64,000 nucleotides of DNA from Candidatus Pacebacteria bacterium CG_4_10_14_3_um_filter_34_15. GTDB lineage: Bacteria > Patescibacteriota > Microgenomatia > UBA1400 > PJMF01. This document shows, in pieces, positions 9,278 through 18,115 of the stretch (position 1 is its first letter; each line of letters opens with the position of its first letter). Location: assembly GCA_002783105.1 (NCBI GenBank), contig PFJN01000016.1, positions 15,034 to 79,033 of the forward strand, in the 5' to 3' direction. The translations under genes were made by a program, and so were the position numbers. The notes under the pieces are model-generated. The model searched no databases. It was not told where the DNA came from and saw nothing but the letters and a program-made list of their open reading frames with translations.

Positions 9278-10069
9278 ATGTCGAAAAATGATTCAAGCTC
9301 TCAAAATTCATTTTCTTTTTCAAGTTTCACAAACTTTTTCTCAGAAAATTTTGTTCTAGTAATTATGACTCTAGCTTTTCTGCTGGGAGGATTCTTTTTA
9401 GGATCCATCTGGACAGAAAATAGAATGTTAAAAGGTGCTGGCGGATCAGGATCGGGATCTCCATCAGCTCCAGCAGCAGCTGCACCAGCGGCTGATGCAC
9501 GAGATTTAACTATTCCTGGGTTAGTTAGCAAGGGTAAAAAGCTAGGCGTGAAAGAAGCTGACCTTCAAAAATGTATTGATAGCGGAGAAATGGCAGAAAG
9601 AGTTAGTGCTGATGCAGCAGGCGGTGCAGCCGGTGGAATCACAGGAACTCCTGGAACAGTTATTGTTGTAAATGGTGTCCCAGCAGAATTAATTCCTGGA
9701 GCTTTGCCATACGAACAAGTCAAACCAATGCTAGATTATTATGTAAATGGAGGTGTTATTGATCCTGTTAAAAGTGGTCCAGTCGCTGGACTTCCAGCTG
9801 TAACAGATGCCGATCATTACAGAGGTATAGCTGGTGCCAAAATAGTCTTAGTTGAATATTCAGATTACGAATGCCCATTCTGTGAGCGATTTCACCCAAC
9901 CATGACAACCGTTATGAAAGATTACGGAAATGATGTTGCTTGGGTACTGCGAAACTTCCCACTATCATTCCACCCAGCTGCACAAAAAGCTGCTGAAGCT
10001 GCAGAGTGTGTAGCCAAATTAAAAGGCAATGATGTCTTTTGGGATTATTCTGACGCATTATTCAACTAA
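9278..10069 (+). CDS. membrane-anchored thioredoxin-fold (DsbA/Trx-like) protein with CPFC active site
   Basis: An N-terminal TM helix is followed by a Gly/Ser/Ala/Pro-rich linker and an YECPFCERF CxxC motif. Confidence 0.6.
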   Translation: MSKNDSSSQNSFSFSSFTNFFSENFVLVIMTLAFLLGGFFLGSIWTENRMLKGAGGSGSGSPSAPAAAAPAADARDLTIPGLVSKGKKLGVKEADLQKCIDSGEMAERVSADAAGGAAGGITGTPGTVIVVNGVPAELIPGALPYEQVKPMLDYYVNGGVIDPVKSGPVAGLPAVTDADHYRGIAGAKIVLVEYSDYECPFCERFHPTMTTVMKDYGNDVAWVLRNFPLSFHPAAQKAAEAAECVAKLKGNDVFWDYSDALFN

Positions 10070-10083
10070 GAATTAGGAGAGAT

Positions 10084-10515
10084 ATGAATCTTAAAGACCA
10101 GCTTGTTGAAGATATGAAGCAAGCCATGAGGAGTAAGGATACAGTTAAGCTTGGTGTAATCAGGTTCTTACGTTCAGAAATTAAAAATTTTGAAATTGAT
10201 AATGGCGAACAAGACGACAAAGGAGTAGTTAAAATTATTGCTTCTCAGACCAAAAAAATTAAGGATGCTCTTGTAGATTTCAGAGCTGCGGGTAGAGAAG
10301 ATTTGGTTTCTGCAGAAGAAGCAAAAGTTGCTATTCTGGAGGCATACTTGCCCCAACAAATGAGTGACGAAGACCTCAGAATCGTTGTTGCAAAAATTGT
10401 TGATGAAACTGAAGAAAAGAATATGGGCAAACTGATTGGAGCTGCTGTTAAGGCAGTTGAAGGCAAAGCTGATGGTGGCAGAGTCTCTGCTATGGTCAAA
10501 GAAAAATTGCAGTAA
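10084..10515 (+). CDS. GatB/YqeY domain protein
   Basis: The translation MNLKDQLVEDMKQAMRSKDTVKLGVIRFLRSEIKN.. matches the YqeY family pattern. An AGGAG RBS precedes the start. Confidence 0.8.
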   Translation: MNLKDQLVEDMKQAMRSKDTVKLGVIRFLRSEIKNFEIDNGEQDDKGVVKIIASQTKKIKDALVDFRAAGREDLVSAEEAKVAILEAYLPQQMSDEDLRIVVAKIVDETEEKNMGKLIGAAVKAVEGKADGGRVSAMVKEKLQ

Positions 10516-10538
10516 TATCAGTTGTACCTAAGTTAACT

Positions 10539-11183
10539 ATGAGAACTAAAACCATTGGCGAAGCTCTAAAAGAAGAAAGAGTTAGTCATCGCCTTAGGAT
10601 CGAAGATCTTTCCAAAAAAACTAGAATTCGGATCAACTATTTAGATGCCCTTGAAGAAAATCGGTTTTCTGAGTTGCCCTCAACAACATTTGTTAAGGGT
10701 TACATCAAGACGTACGCAAAGATTTTTGGATTTGATTACAAGCCTCTAATCGCAATGCTTAGACGTGATTATAAGGAAAGTGCTAAGGGCAGGTTGGTTC
10801 CTAGAGAATTTATAAAACCAATTTTTAAAAGAAGATCTTCTCGTACTTCGATTACCTTGGTTGTAGTTATATTAATCAGTATTTTTTCAAGTTTGGTTGG
10901 TTATATCGGTTTTCAATGGCACAACCTAAACAAACCACCAGAGCTTATAGTTTCAAAACCCGGAGAGCAAGATATAGTTTCTTCTAAAGTACTAATTGAG
11001 GGCAAAACAGTTCCTGATGCAATTCTAGTTGTGAATGAACAACCAGTTTCACTACAACCATCTGGAGAGTTTAAAACAGAAATCTTAATTCCAAATGAGG
11101 GAATTGCAATAATCACTATTGAAGCAAAGGATAGAAGAGGCAAGAGTAATACAGTTCAACGATCTGTGAACGTGCAGTTTTAA
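10539..11183 (+). CDS. RodZ-like HTH (XRE-type) membrane protein
   Basis: It has an N-terminal HTH (IGEALKEERVSHRLRIEDLSKKTRIRINYLDALEENRF), a single TM helix and a C-terminal extracytoplasmic domain. Confidence 0.55.
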   Translation: MRTKTIGEALKEERVSHRLRIEDLSKKTRIRINYLDALEENRFSELPSTTFVKGYIKTYAKIFGFDYKPLIAMLRRDYKESAKGRLVPREFIKPIFKRRSSRTSITLVVVILISIFSSLVGYIGFQWHNLNKPPELIVSKPGEQDIVSSKVLIEGKTVPDAILVVNEQPVSLQPSGEFKTEILIPNEGIAIITIEAKDRRGKSNTVQRSVNVQF

Positions 11184-11240
11184 AGCAAACATCGAGAGAA
11201 TGTTGTATGATGAAGTTAGTTAAAGTAAAAAAAGGATAAC

Positions 11241-11513
11241 ATGGATATTTTACCAATAGTTTTTGCAGTCGTATTAGTCGTTCTTACAATCGTACTAAGC
11301 GTGGTTGGAGTTCAGGTGATTATGGTGCTTGTTGAAATCAAGAGAACCTTGAGAAAAGTTAATGCCACTCTCGATGTAGTTGAGGACAAAATGCATGCGA
11401 TTACCAGCCCATTTCAAAATCTTGGCGGCGCATTATCTGGAATTAAAACAGGTATGCAGTTCTTTGAAGCATTTACAGTATGGCTAAGCAAAGGCAAAAA
11501 AAAGGATGAATGA
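11241..11513 (+). CDS. small membrane protein, DUF948-like
   Basis: The 90-aa protein has an N-terminal TM helix followed by an amphipathic region. It is paired with a downstream YtxH-like gene. Confidence 0.4.
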   Translation: MDILPIVFAVVLVVLTIVLSVVGVQVIMVLVEIKRTLRKVNATLDVVEDKMHAITSPFQNLGGALSGIKTGMQFFEAFTVWLSKGKKKDE

Positions 11514-11913
11514 CAATGAGCATAATAATTTTTCGTTAGGTTTTGTAGTTGGAGCACTTGTTGGCGTTGCTGGATATTTTTTTACTAGAACGCAAGAAGG
11601 TAAAGAAATTAAAAAAAAAATTACTAGTGAATGGTCTACAATTCGAAAAAAGCTTGAGGACGAGGGAGTGATTCCAGAAGATGGCAAAGATTTTTCGGAC
11701 ATTATTGTAAGCGTAAGAACGAAGCTTTATGAATTTTTAGGTGAAGAAGGTAAATTCCGCAGGAAGAAAGGTTGGCCTGGGTCATTGCGTAGCAAGATAG
11801 AGTACCCTGGGGTAAAGCCAGGAAGAAAAATCACTGGAGCGAGTTCAAAATTAAGTGAGGTTTCAACAAAATCTCTAGCCAAAAAAAGAAAGCGAATGTT
11901 TAAGGGAATTTAA
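11506..11913 (+). CDS. YtxH-like small membrane-associated protein
   Basis: It has a GFVVGALVGVAGYFF N-terminal helix and a charged C-terminus. It overlaps the upstream gene by 8 nt. Confidence 0.4.
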   Translation: MNDNEHNNFSLGFVVGALVGVAGYFFTRTQEGKEIKKKITSEWSTIRKKLEDEGVIPEDGKDFSDIIVSVRTKLYEFLGEEGKFRRKKGWPGSLRSKIEYPGVKPGRKITGASSKLSEVSTKSLAKKRKRMFKGI

Positions 11914-12155
11914 TCAACTTTAAACTAAAAAACTATTTTCCGAGTGCCATCATAACCATCTGTTTGAAGGCATCGAGAGTGGATTTTAATGCTATGGCAA
12001 TCCATCTAAAAATAAATTTTAGTGTTCCATTAGCTATATTAGTTGATCTTTTTTTGAATTCAGGAGAGTTTACGAAGCTTTGAAATTCTGGTGTTTGTGC
12101 ATTTTGCATTTGCATAAGTAGTCGCTAATTATAATGCGAGTTTGGTGATAAGGCA

Positions 12156-14069
12156 ATGATTTGTAATAATCTTAAGATAGATTATAATTCCAGTTATATG
12201 AAACCAGATGAACTTCGAAACCTATACTTAAGTTTTTTCAAAAATAATGGTCATGAAATTGTGCCATCGGCTTCAATTGTGCCAGAAAATGATCCAACTA
12301 CGCTTTTTACTGGATCTGGTATGCAACCAATGATGGAGTATCTGCTCGGTGCAAAACATCCTAAAGGAACTAGAATTGTTGATAGTCAGAAATGTTTTAG
12401 ATCGCAGGATATTGAAGAAGTTGGTGATAATAGACATATAACTTTTTTCGAAATGTTGGGAAATTGGTCTTTTGGGGATTATTTCAAGCAAGAACAGCTT
12501 GAGTGGCTTTTTAAGTTTTTAACTAGAGACATAGATTTGGATCCAAACAAGCTATTCATCACGGTTTTTAGAGGAAATGACAAGCTTAAAATTGGTAAAG
12601 ATGTCAAGTCTGTAGAGATCTGGAAGAAACTATTCTTACAAGTTGGTATAGAGGCAAAAGATATCGATTTTTCAGAAAAGACAGGTCTTCAAGATGGCAG
12701 AATTTTTTATTACGATGAAACCAAAAACTGGTGGTCTAGAGCAGGTATTCCTGATAAGATGCCGGCAGGTGAGCCAGGTGGTCCAGATAGCGAAGTGTTC
12801 TATGATTTTGGTGCAGACAAAAACATTCACGAAAATTCTCAACTTAAAGATGAAGTTTGCCATGTGAACTGTGATTGCGGAAGATTTTTAGAGATTGGCA
12901 ATAATGTTTTCATGCAGTATCAGAAACAAGCTGACGGTGGATTCAAGGAACTTTCGCAAAAGAATGTTGATTTTGGTGGAGGTTTTGAAAGAATTTTAGC
13001 CGCAATCAATGACACTGCCGATGTTTTTCAAACTGCTCTTTTTATTCCAATTATTAGACATTTAGAAAAAATTAGTGACCAAAAATATGAGTCTTCTTCC
13101 AACTCTAAAAGATCTTTTAGAGTTATTGCCGATCATATGCGCGCTGCAGTAATGTTAGCGGCTGACGGCGTTTATCCCTCCAACAAAGAACAAGGTTATT
13201 TTGCCAGAAGACTAGTTAGAAGATCAATTAGATATGCAAAAATGATTGGTGTTAACCAACTATTTGTTGCCGATCTAATTCCGGTAATCGTTGAAATTTA
13301 TCAAAACTCATATCCTGATGTAAGCCAAAAATTAGTCAAAATTCAGAGTGTTTTGGTTCAAGAAGAAAATAAATTTGCCAAAACTATAGAAAAAGGCTTA
13401 CGAGAGCTTGAAAAATATCAAGAAATGACTCCACCAGTTGCTATTGATGGTGCGATTGCATTTAGATTATATGAAACTCATGGATTTCCTTTTGAACTTA
13501 CTCAAGAAATTGCTCATGAAAAGGGTCAAAAAATTAGTCTTGAGGAATTTGAAAATGCTAAGAGGGCTCATGCTGTCATGTCCAGAGACGCTTCTTCAGA
13601 TAAATTCAAAGGTGGCTTACAAGATAGTAGCGTCCAAACCACAAAATATCACACGGCTACTCATTTACTTCATGCCGCTTTGCGAAAGATATTAGGCAGG
13701 CACGTCCAACAAAAAGGATCAAATATAACTGTAGACAGACTAAGATTTGATTTCTCACATCCACAAGCACTTTCTCAGAATGAAAAAATCCAAGTTCAAG
13801 ATCAGGTCAACGAATGGATAGATGCTGCTTTGCCAGTCAAAGTCGAACATTTGAGAAAAAGTGACGCTTTGGAATCTGGAGCAATTGCATTTTTTGTTGA
13901 AAAATACCCTGACGAAGTTACGATTTATACGATTGGAGATGGAGATGCCTGGATTTCAAAAGAATTTTGTGGTGGCCCCCACGTCAAAAATACATCTGAA
14001 ATAGGCAAGATAGAAATCTTTAAAGAGAAGGCAGCTTCTGCCGGAGTTCGAAGAGTTTATCTTAAATAA
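12156..14069 (+). CDS. alaS: alanine--tRNA ligase, short form lacking C-terminal C-Ala domain
   Basis: The N-terminus reads MKPDELRNLYLSFFKNNGHEIVPSASIVP (ATG at 12198), which aligns to canonical AlaRS starts. An editing-domain HxxxH motif, HTATHLLHAALR, is present. An upstream in-frame ATG at 12156 has AAGG just 5'. Confidence 0.9.
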   Translation: MICNNLKIDYNSSYMKPDELRNLYLSFFKNNGHEIVPSASIVPENDPTTLFTGSGMQPMMEYLLGAKHPKGTRIVDSQKCFRSQDIEEVGDNRHITFFEMLGNWSFGDYFKQEQLEWLFKFLTRDIDLDPNKLFITVFRGNDKLKIGKDVKSVEIWKKLFLQVGIEAKDIDFSEKTGLQDGRIFYYDETKNWWSRAGIPDKMPAGEPGGPDSEVFYDFGADKNIHENSQLKDEVCHVNCDCGRFLEIGNNVFMQYQKQADGGFKELSQKNVDFGGGFERILAAINDTADVFQTALFIPIIRHLEKISDQKYESSSNSKRSFRVIADHMRAAVMLAADGVYPSNKEQGYFARRLVRRSIRYAKMIGVNQLFVADLIPVIVEIYQNSYPDVSQKLVKIQSVLVQEENKFAKTIEKGLRELEKYQEMTPPVAIDGAIAFRLYETHGFPFELTQEIAHEKGQKISLEEFENAKRAHAVMSRDASSDKFKGGLQDSSVQTTKYHTATHLLHAALRKILGRHVQQKGSNITVDRLRFDFSHPQALSQNEKIQVQDQVNEWIDAALPVKVEHLRKSDALESGAIAFFVEKYPDEVTIYTIGDGDAWISKEFCGGPHVKNTSEIGKIEIFKEKAASAGVRRVYLK

Positions 14070-14151
14070 TAAGTTGCTCTTCTATTTTAGTCAATAATTT
14101 GCTTTAATTAAGGACAGTAAGCTCGATCTATCGAAGAACGGTTTTATTTTA

Positions 14152-16464
14152 GTGGATTTAATTTATATGGACTTGCCCAACCTATTTTCAACAAATTTGG
14201 ATAAAGAAAACCAAGTGATGACAATTTTTATTCACTTGACCGATATCAAAATTCAATCATTTTTACTTTCAATTTCAGACGAAGGTGCTCAGATTTTAGG
14301 AAAATCTAGCGTTTCGGACTATGAAGGAATAGACAATTGCTTGGTTAGAGTTGATGAAAGTCTACAGCAACTTGGAAAAAAATCGGAGAAAGTGACTTCG
14401 GTTATTTTTGGTTTAAATCACGCTTGGGTCAAAAAAGGTGAGGTTACTGAGGACAAAAATCCATTATTAAAGAAACTCACCGATGATTTAGGCTTAAAAC
14501 CAATGGGTTTTATAATTATTTCTGAGGCTCTCGTTCAGCAAAAAATCTCAGCTAACTCGATGTTCTCAGGAATAATTGCAGTTTTTAGTGAGAAAAATTT
14601 AACACTCTCATTGATTCATCAAGGAAAAGTAAAATCTATAGAAACAGTAGGAAGATCATCCGACGGCAAAGGTGATTTTCTTGAGGGGTTAGCACGATTT
14701 TCTGCTAAGTCAGGAAAAGAGGGTTTCTATTTGCCATCAAAAATAATTTTAGCATCTCTAGATTTAGATGAAAAAGAACTTAAGAAACATCAACAATTTG
14801 TTTATGATTCTGATTGGACAGTTCAAACTCAGTTTTTACAACCTCCAACAGTGACGATAATCGCTCAAAATGATTATGAAGAAATGATAACTAAAGAAGC
14901 CGCAAAAGCTGTTGCTTTGCAAAAAGGTATGACAAAAGCAGCAATGGCTGTGATTACAACCAGAGATTTAGATGTCAAACAACCAACTGAGCTCGATACC
15001 GATGAATTGGGTTTTAGTGAAGTTAATCCAGAAGAAGACTTAGAATTAGCAATAGCTGATGAAGTTGTTGAAGCTGATAGTCAATCTCCAACTTCATTTG
15101 GTGTGCCAATTTCTACAAAAGAACTTGATAAGGAGCTTGCTTCTATTAATGAAAATAATCTAAAAGAGCCAGATTTTGAGGAAAATAGTGAGTCGGCTGT
15201 AGATTTTTCTGGTAAAAAGTCTAATGACGAAGATCAAGAGTATGGAGAAACAAAACATATTTTTGATAAAAATAGATCCAAAGACGTTGTCAATGGAAAA
15301 AATTTTAAGCTTTACACTTTGATTGGATTTATTGCCGGTTTAGTTGCCCTGATGGTCATTGGTTTTTTTGGAATTACAAATTTAGCAATCGCTGAAGTTG
15401 GAGTTGTCTTGGAAACTAAGGCAGTTTCTAAAGACTTAGAAATTATATTAGACACTTCAATTTCAGAAACTGATAGTGAAAAATTAATTTTGGCCGCTGA
15501 CAAAGTTTCTAAGACCGAACAATCTGAAAGCACGATGCAGACTACGGGCGTCACAATTGTTGGTGAAAAAGCCAAAGGTAAGGTTTTTATTTACAATAAT
15601 TTGGTAGCTGCTGAAAAATTGTTGACGAAGGGCACGATATTGAGTGCTGGAGATGTAAAATTTGAGCTTGACGATGATGTAACAGTTCCAGCTGCAAGTA
15701 TTCCACAGCCAACAAAATTGGATCCAGGTAAAGCTGAGGCATTTGTAACGGCAACAAAAATAGGGGCAGAGGGTAACATTGTTGAAGATACGCAACTGCT
15801 GGTTTTGCCATATGACAAAAGTTCATACTATGCAGTTGTAACAGATAATGATTTTGTTGGCGGATCAAGCCGAGAGGTTAAGGTCGTGTCAGAAGCAGAT
15901 AGAATTGAGTTGCTCGCTGATTTAAAGAAAGAGATCATTGAGAAAATAAATAAAGGATTTCAAAATGACTCTGGAAATGGTGTTTATATTTTACCATCTA
16001 ATAATATTGTTTCAGAGAAAGCTGATTTTAACTTTGAAGTAGGGAATGAAGCGGAATCTTTATCTCTCAATTTAACCTTAGAAATTGAGGCAATCAAATA
16101 TACCTCCGAAGATTTAAAACCGCTGGCCACTAAAGTTTTGGCTTCAGAAATACCTGAAAATTACAAATTATTTGATGGGGATCCTCAAATATTATCTGCT
16201 CCAACTGAAAATGCTCTGAATACTTTAGATATTACAAAGCCAGTAACTTTGTCTGTGAACATAAGTTCATTTGCAATTCCCGTAATGTCGCAGGACCGAA
16301 TTAAAGATGAAATTTTAGGAAAATCTATTGATGAAGCAAAGTTAATACTCGAGTCAAAGGATGAAATTAAAACTGTTGAAATAACTATTGATCCATCATT
16401 TGCTAGGTCTCTTGTTAGAAAAATACCTAGAAAATTAGAAAAAATAAAGATCGAGTTTAAATGA
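14152..16464 (+). CDS. large hypothetical membrane protein, cytoplasmic N-domain, central TM helix, extracytoplasmic C-domain
   Basis: 770 aa with a single hydrophobic segment, LYTLIGFIAGLVALMVIGFFGI, near the middle. No motif is recognised with confidence; there is a faint PilM/FtsA-like N-terminal pattern. The start codon is uncertain (14152, 14167 or 14218). Confidence 0.5.
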   Translation: MDLIYMDLPNLFSTNLDKENQVMTIFIHLTDIKIQSFLLSISDEGAQILGKSSVSDYEGIDNCLVRVDESLQQLGKKSEKVTSVIFGLNHAWVKKGEVTEDKNPLLKKLTDDLGLKPMGFIIISEALVQQKISANSMFSGIIAVFSEKNLTLSLIHQGKVKSIETVGRSSDGKGDFLEGLARFSAKSGKEGFYLPSKIILASLDLDEKELKKHQQFVYDSDWTVQTQFLQPPTVTIIAQNDYEEMITKEAAKAVALQKGMTKAAMAVITTRDLDVKQPTELDTDELGFSEVNPEEDLELAIADEVVEADSQSPTSFGVPISTKELDKELASINENNLKEPDFEENSESAVDFSGKKSNDEDQEYGETKHIFDKNRSKDVVNGKNFKLYTLIGFIAGLVALMVIGFFGITNLAIAEVGVVLETKAVSKDLEIILDTSISETDSEKLILAADKVSKTEQSESTMQTTGVTIVGEKAKGKVFIYNNLVAAEKLLTKGTILSAGDVKFELDDDVTVPAASIPQPTKLDPGKAEAFVTATKIGAEGNIVEDTQLLVLPYDKSSYYAVVTDNDFVGGSSREVKVVSEADRIELLADLKKEIIEKINKGFQNDSGNGVYILPSNNIVSEKADFNFEVGNEAESLSLNLTLEIEAIKYTSEDLKPLATKVLASEIPENYKLFDGDPQILSAPTENALNTLDITKPVTLSVNISSFAIPVMSQDRIKDEILGKSIDEAKLILESKDEIKTVEITIDPSFARSLVRKIPRKLEKIKIEFK

Positions 16465-17402
16465 AAACACAACCAAAGACCGTTGTAATGCAGAGCGATA
16501 TAATTGATCTTTACAGAAATGCATTGCGACAAGGCATAGAAATATCTCAAGTTGAAAAGAAAATTAATCGCCACTTAAAAAGAATAAATGCTAGTGATCA
16601 TATTGAAAATCAAGAGGATGAGTTGAGATCGGAAAACGAAAAGAAACGATTGCCAAAAATTGTGAGGGCTGGCGCTATGGCGTTACCAATTCTATTCTTG
16701 ATAATTGGTTTTTACTTAGTTGGTAGCGCTGTCGTGCCAATCATTGGATCTTACATTATTGTTGCCAAAGATGTTCAGATGACTAATCTAACTTCTCCAG
16801 TACCTCGGGAGCAAGTGATGGACGTTACGCCTTTAGTTATAACTCAAAGTAATATTCCAGAAAAAGTTGATCGTGATTTGAAAATTATAAATGAAGAGCT
16901 AGATTACACAAATCTTTCAAACTGGTTTAGCTCAACTACGCTACCTGAATTTGGTTTGCCAGAACTTGATTATGATATTACTGAATATACGATTGATATT
17001 CCTAAATTAAATATTAGCAATGCTATAGTGAGAGTTGGTGGCAATAATCTTAATGAAAATCTCATCGCCTTTAAGGGTACTGCATTGCCAGGAAGTCCAG
17101 GTGCGCCAGTAGTTTTTGGGCACTCAGTTTTAAGACAATTTTATAATCCAAGTGAGAAAAATCCTCGAAGATATAATTCTATTTTTAGTACTATTATGAC
17201 CTTAGAAACAGGTGATAAAATATTTGTTACGTCTGGAGGAGTAAAATATACATATGCAGTTTTACTGAAGAAAGAAGTTAAACCAGAGGATGTGTATATA
17301 TTGACTCAAAAATATGATTCAAAGCAACTTAAGTTAGTTACCTGTACACCTGAAGGAACCTATTTACGTCGTGGAGTTGTTACCGCTCAACTGATAGAAT
17401 AA
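16461..17402 (+). CDS. sortase family transpeptidase
   Basis: An N-terminal TM anchor is followed by a catalytic His (VVFGHSVL), a TLxTC-type Cys (LKLVTCTPEG) and a downstream Arg (LRRGVV). Confidence 0.75.
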   Translation: MKTQPKTVVMQSDIIDLYRNALRQGIEISQVEKKINRHLKRINASDHIENQEDELRSENEKKRLPKIVRAGAMALPILFLIIGFYLVGSAVVPIIGSYIIVAKDVQMTNLTSPVPREQVMDVTPLVITQSNIPEKVDRDLKIINEELDYTNLSNWFSSTTLPEFGLPELDYDITEYTIDIPKLNISNAIVRVGGNNLNENLIAFKGTALPGSPGAPVVFGHSVLRQFYNPSEKNPRRYNSIFSTIMTLETGDKIFVTSGGVKYTYAVLLKKEVKPEDVYILTQKYDSKQLKLVTCTPEGTYLRRGVVTAQLIE

Positions 17403-17409
17403 AGACCAA

Positions 17410-17615
17410 TTTTTAAAATTAAATATATCAACTGTTCGCGTTGGGACAAGCCCAAAATGCTCTCAGTTCATATATTTAATTTTAAAAAATTATCTAAGAA
17501 TAAAGGATTCGAAAAATTTCGTTGAAGTTGTTTATTTTTTTTGAATTTTCGATTAATTTCAAAATATAAGTACAAACAACGAACATTTTGGGCTTGTCCC
17601 AACGAGAGTTGTTTG
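17410..17615. repeat. intergenic structured element: two nested hairpins sharing an inverted 21-bp core (cgttgggacaagcccaaaatg)
   Basis: Copy A of the core lies at 17439-17459 and copy B, its reverse complement, at 17584-17604. Copy A is enclosed by a perfect 19-bp palindrome, 17410-17428 against 17470-17488, plus aactg/cagtt. Copy B is enclosed by caaacaac/gttgtttg, 17573-17580 against 17608-17615. Confidence 0.5.
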
Positions 17616-17653
17616 AATTTATATTTTGAGGATCATTACTTGAATGAAAAATT

Positions 17654-18061
17654 ATGAATAATCCTGAAGATTCAATATTAGCAATTGATTTTGGAACGGT
17701 CAGGATTGGCCTAGCAATTTCAAGGTATATTTTGGCAGAGCCTTTAGAAATAATTTATAATGATGAGTCCAAATTTCAAAAAATTAAAGAAATTTGTGCA
17801 ACTCATAATATTAAAAAAATTATTGTAGGTCTGTCAGAAAATGAAATGGCAAGGATGACTCAGGTTTTTGCGGCTGAACTTGAAGCAGAAATTAAATCTG
17901 AATGGGAATATAAACCTGATCTAGAATACGTAGATGAAACTTTGAGTTCTCACTCAGTTCACGAGAGATTAAAGTCAGCTAAGAAATCTAAAAGAAATGC
18001 AAATATTGATCACTATGCTGCCTCTGTGTTTTTGCAAGATTGGTTAGACGAAAACTTTTGA
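17654..18061 (+). CDS. ruvX: Holliday junction resolvase-like protein YqgF/RuvX
   Basis: It has the ILAIDFGTVRIGLAIS N-terminal motif and is 135 aa. Confidence 0.8.
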   Translation: MNNPEDSILAIDFGTVRIGLAISRYILAEPLEIIYNDESKFQKIKEICATHNIKKIIVGLSENEMARMTQVFAAELEAEIKSEWEYKPDLEYVDETLSSHSVHERLKSAKKSKRNANIDHYAASVFLQDWLDENF

Positions 18062-18115
18062 TGAGTATTTTGTTTATTAATCTTTGCTTCATTAGGCTTA
18101 ATAAATAAAGGAAAT

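Noticed and set aside
11933-12115. 60-aa minus-strand ORF in the spacer upstream of alaS
   Set aside because: It has no RBS and no recognisable motif, and it sits in a region with promoter-like -10 boxes for alaS. It could be a real small protein, but the support is insufficient.
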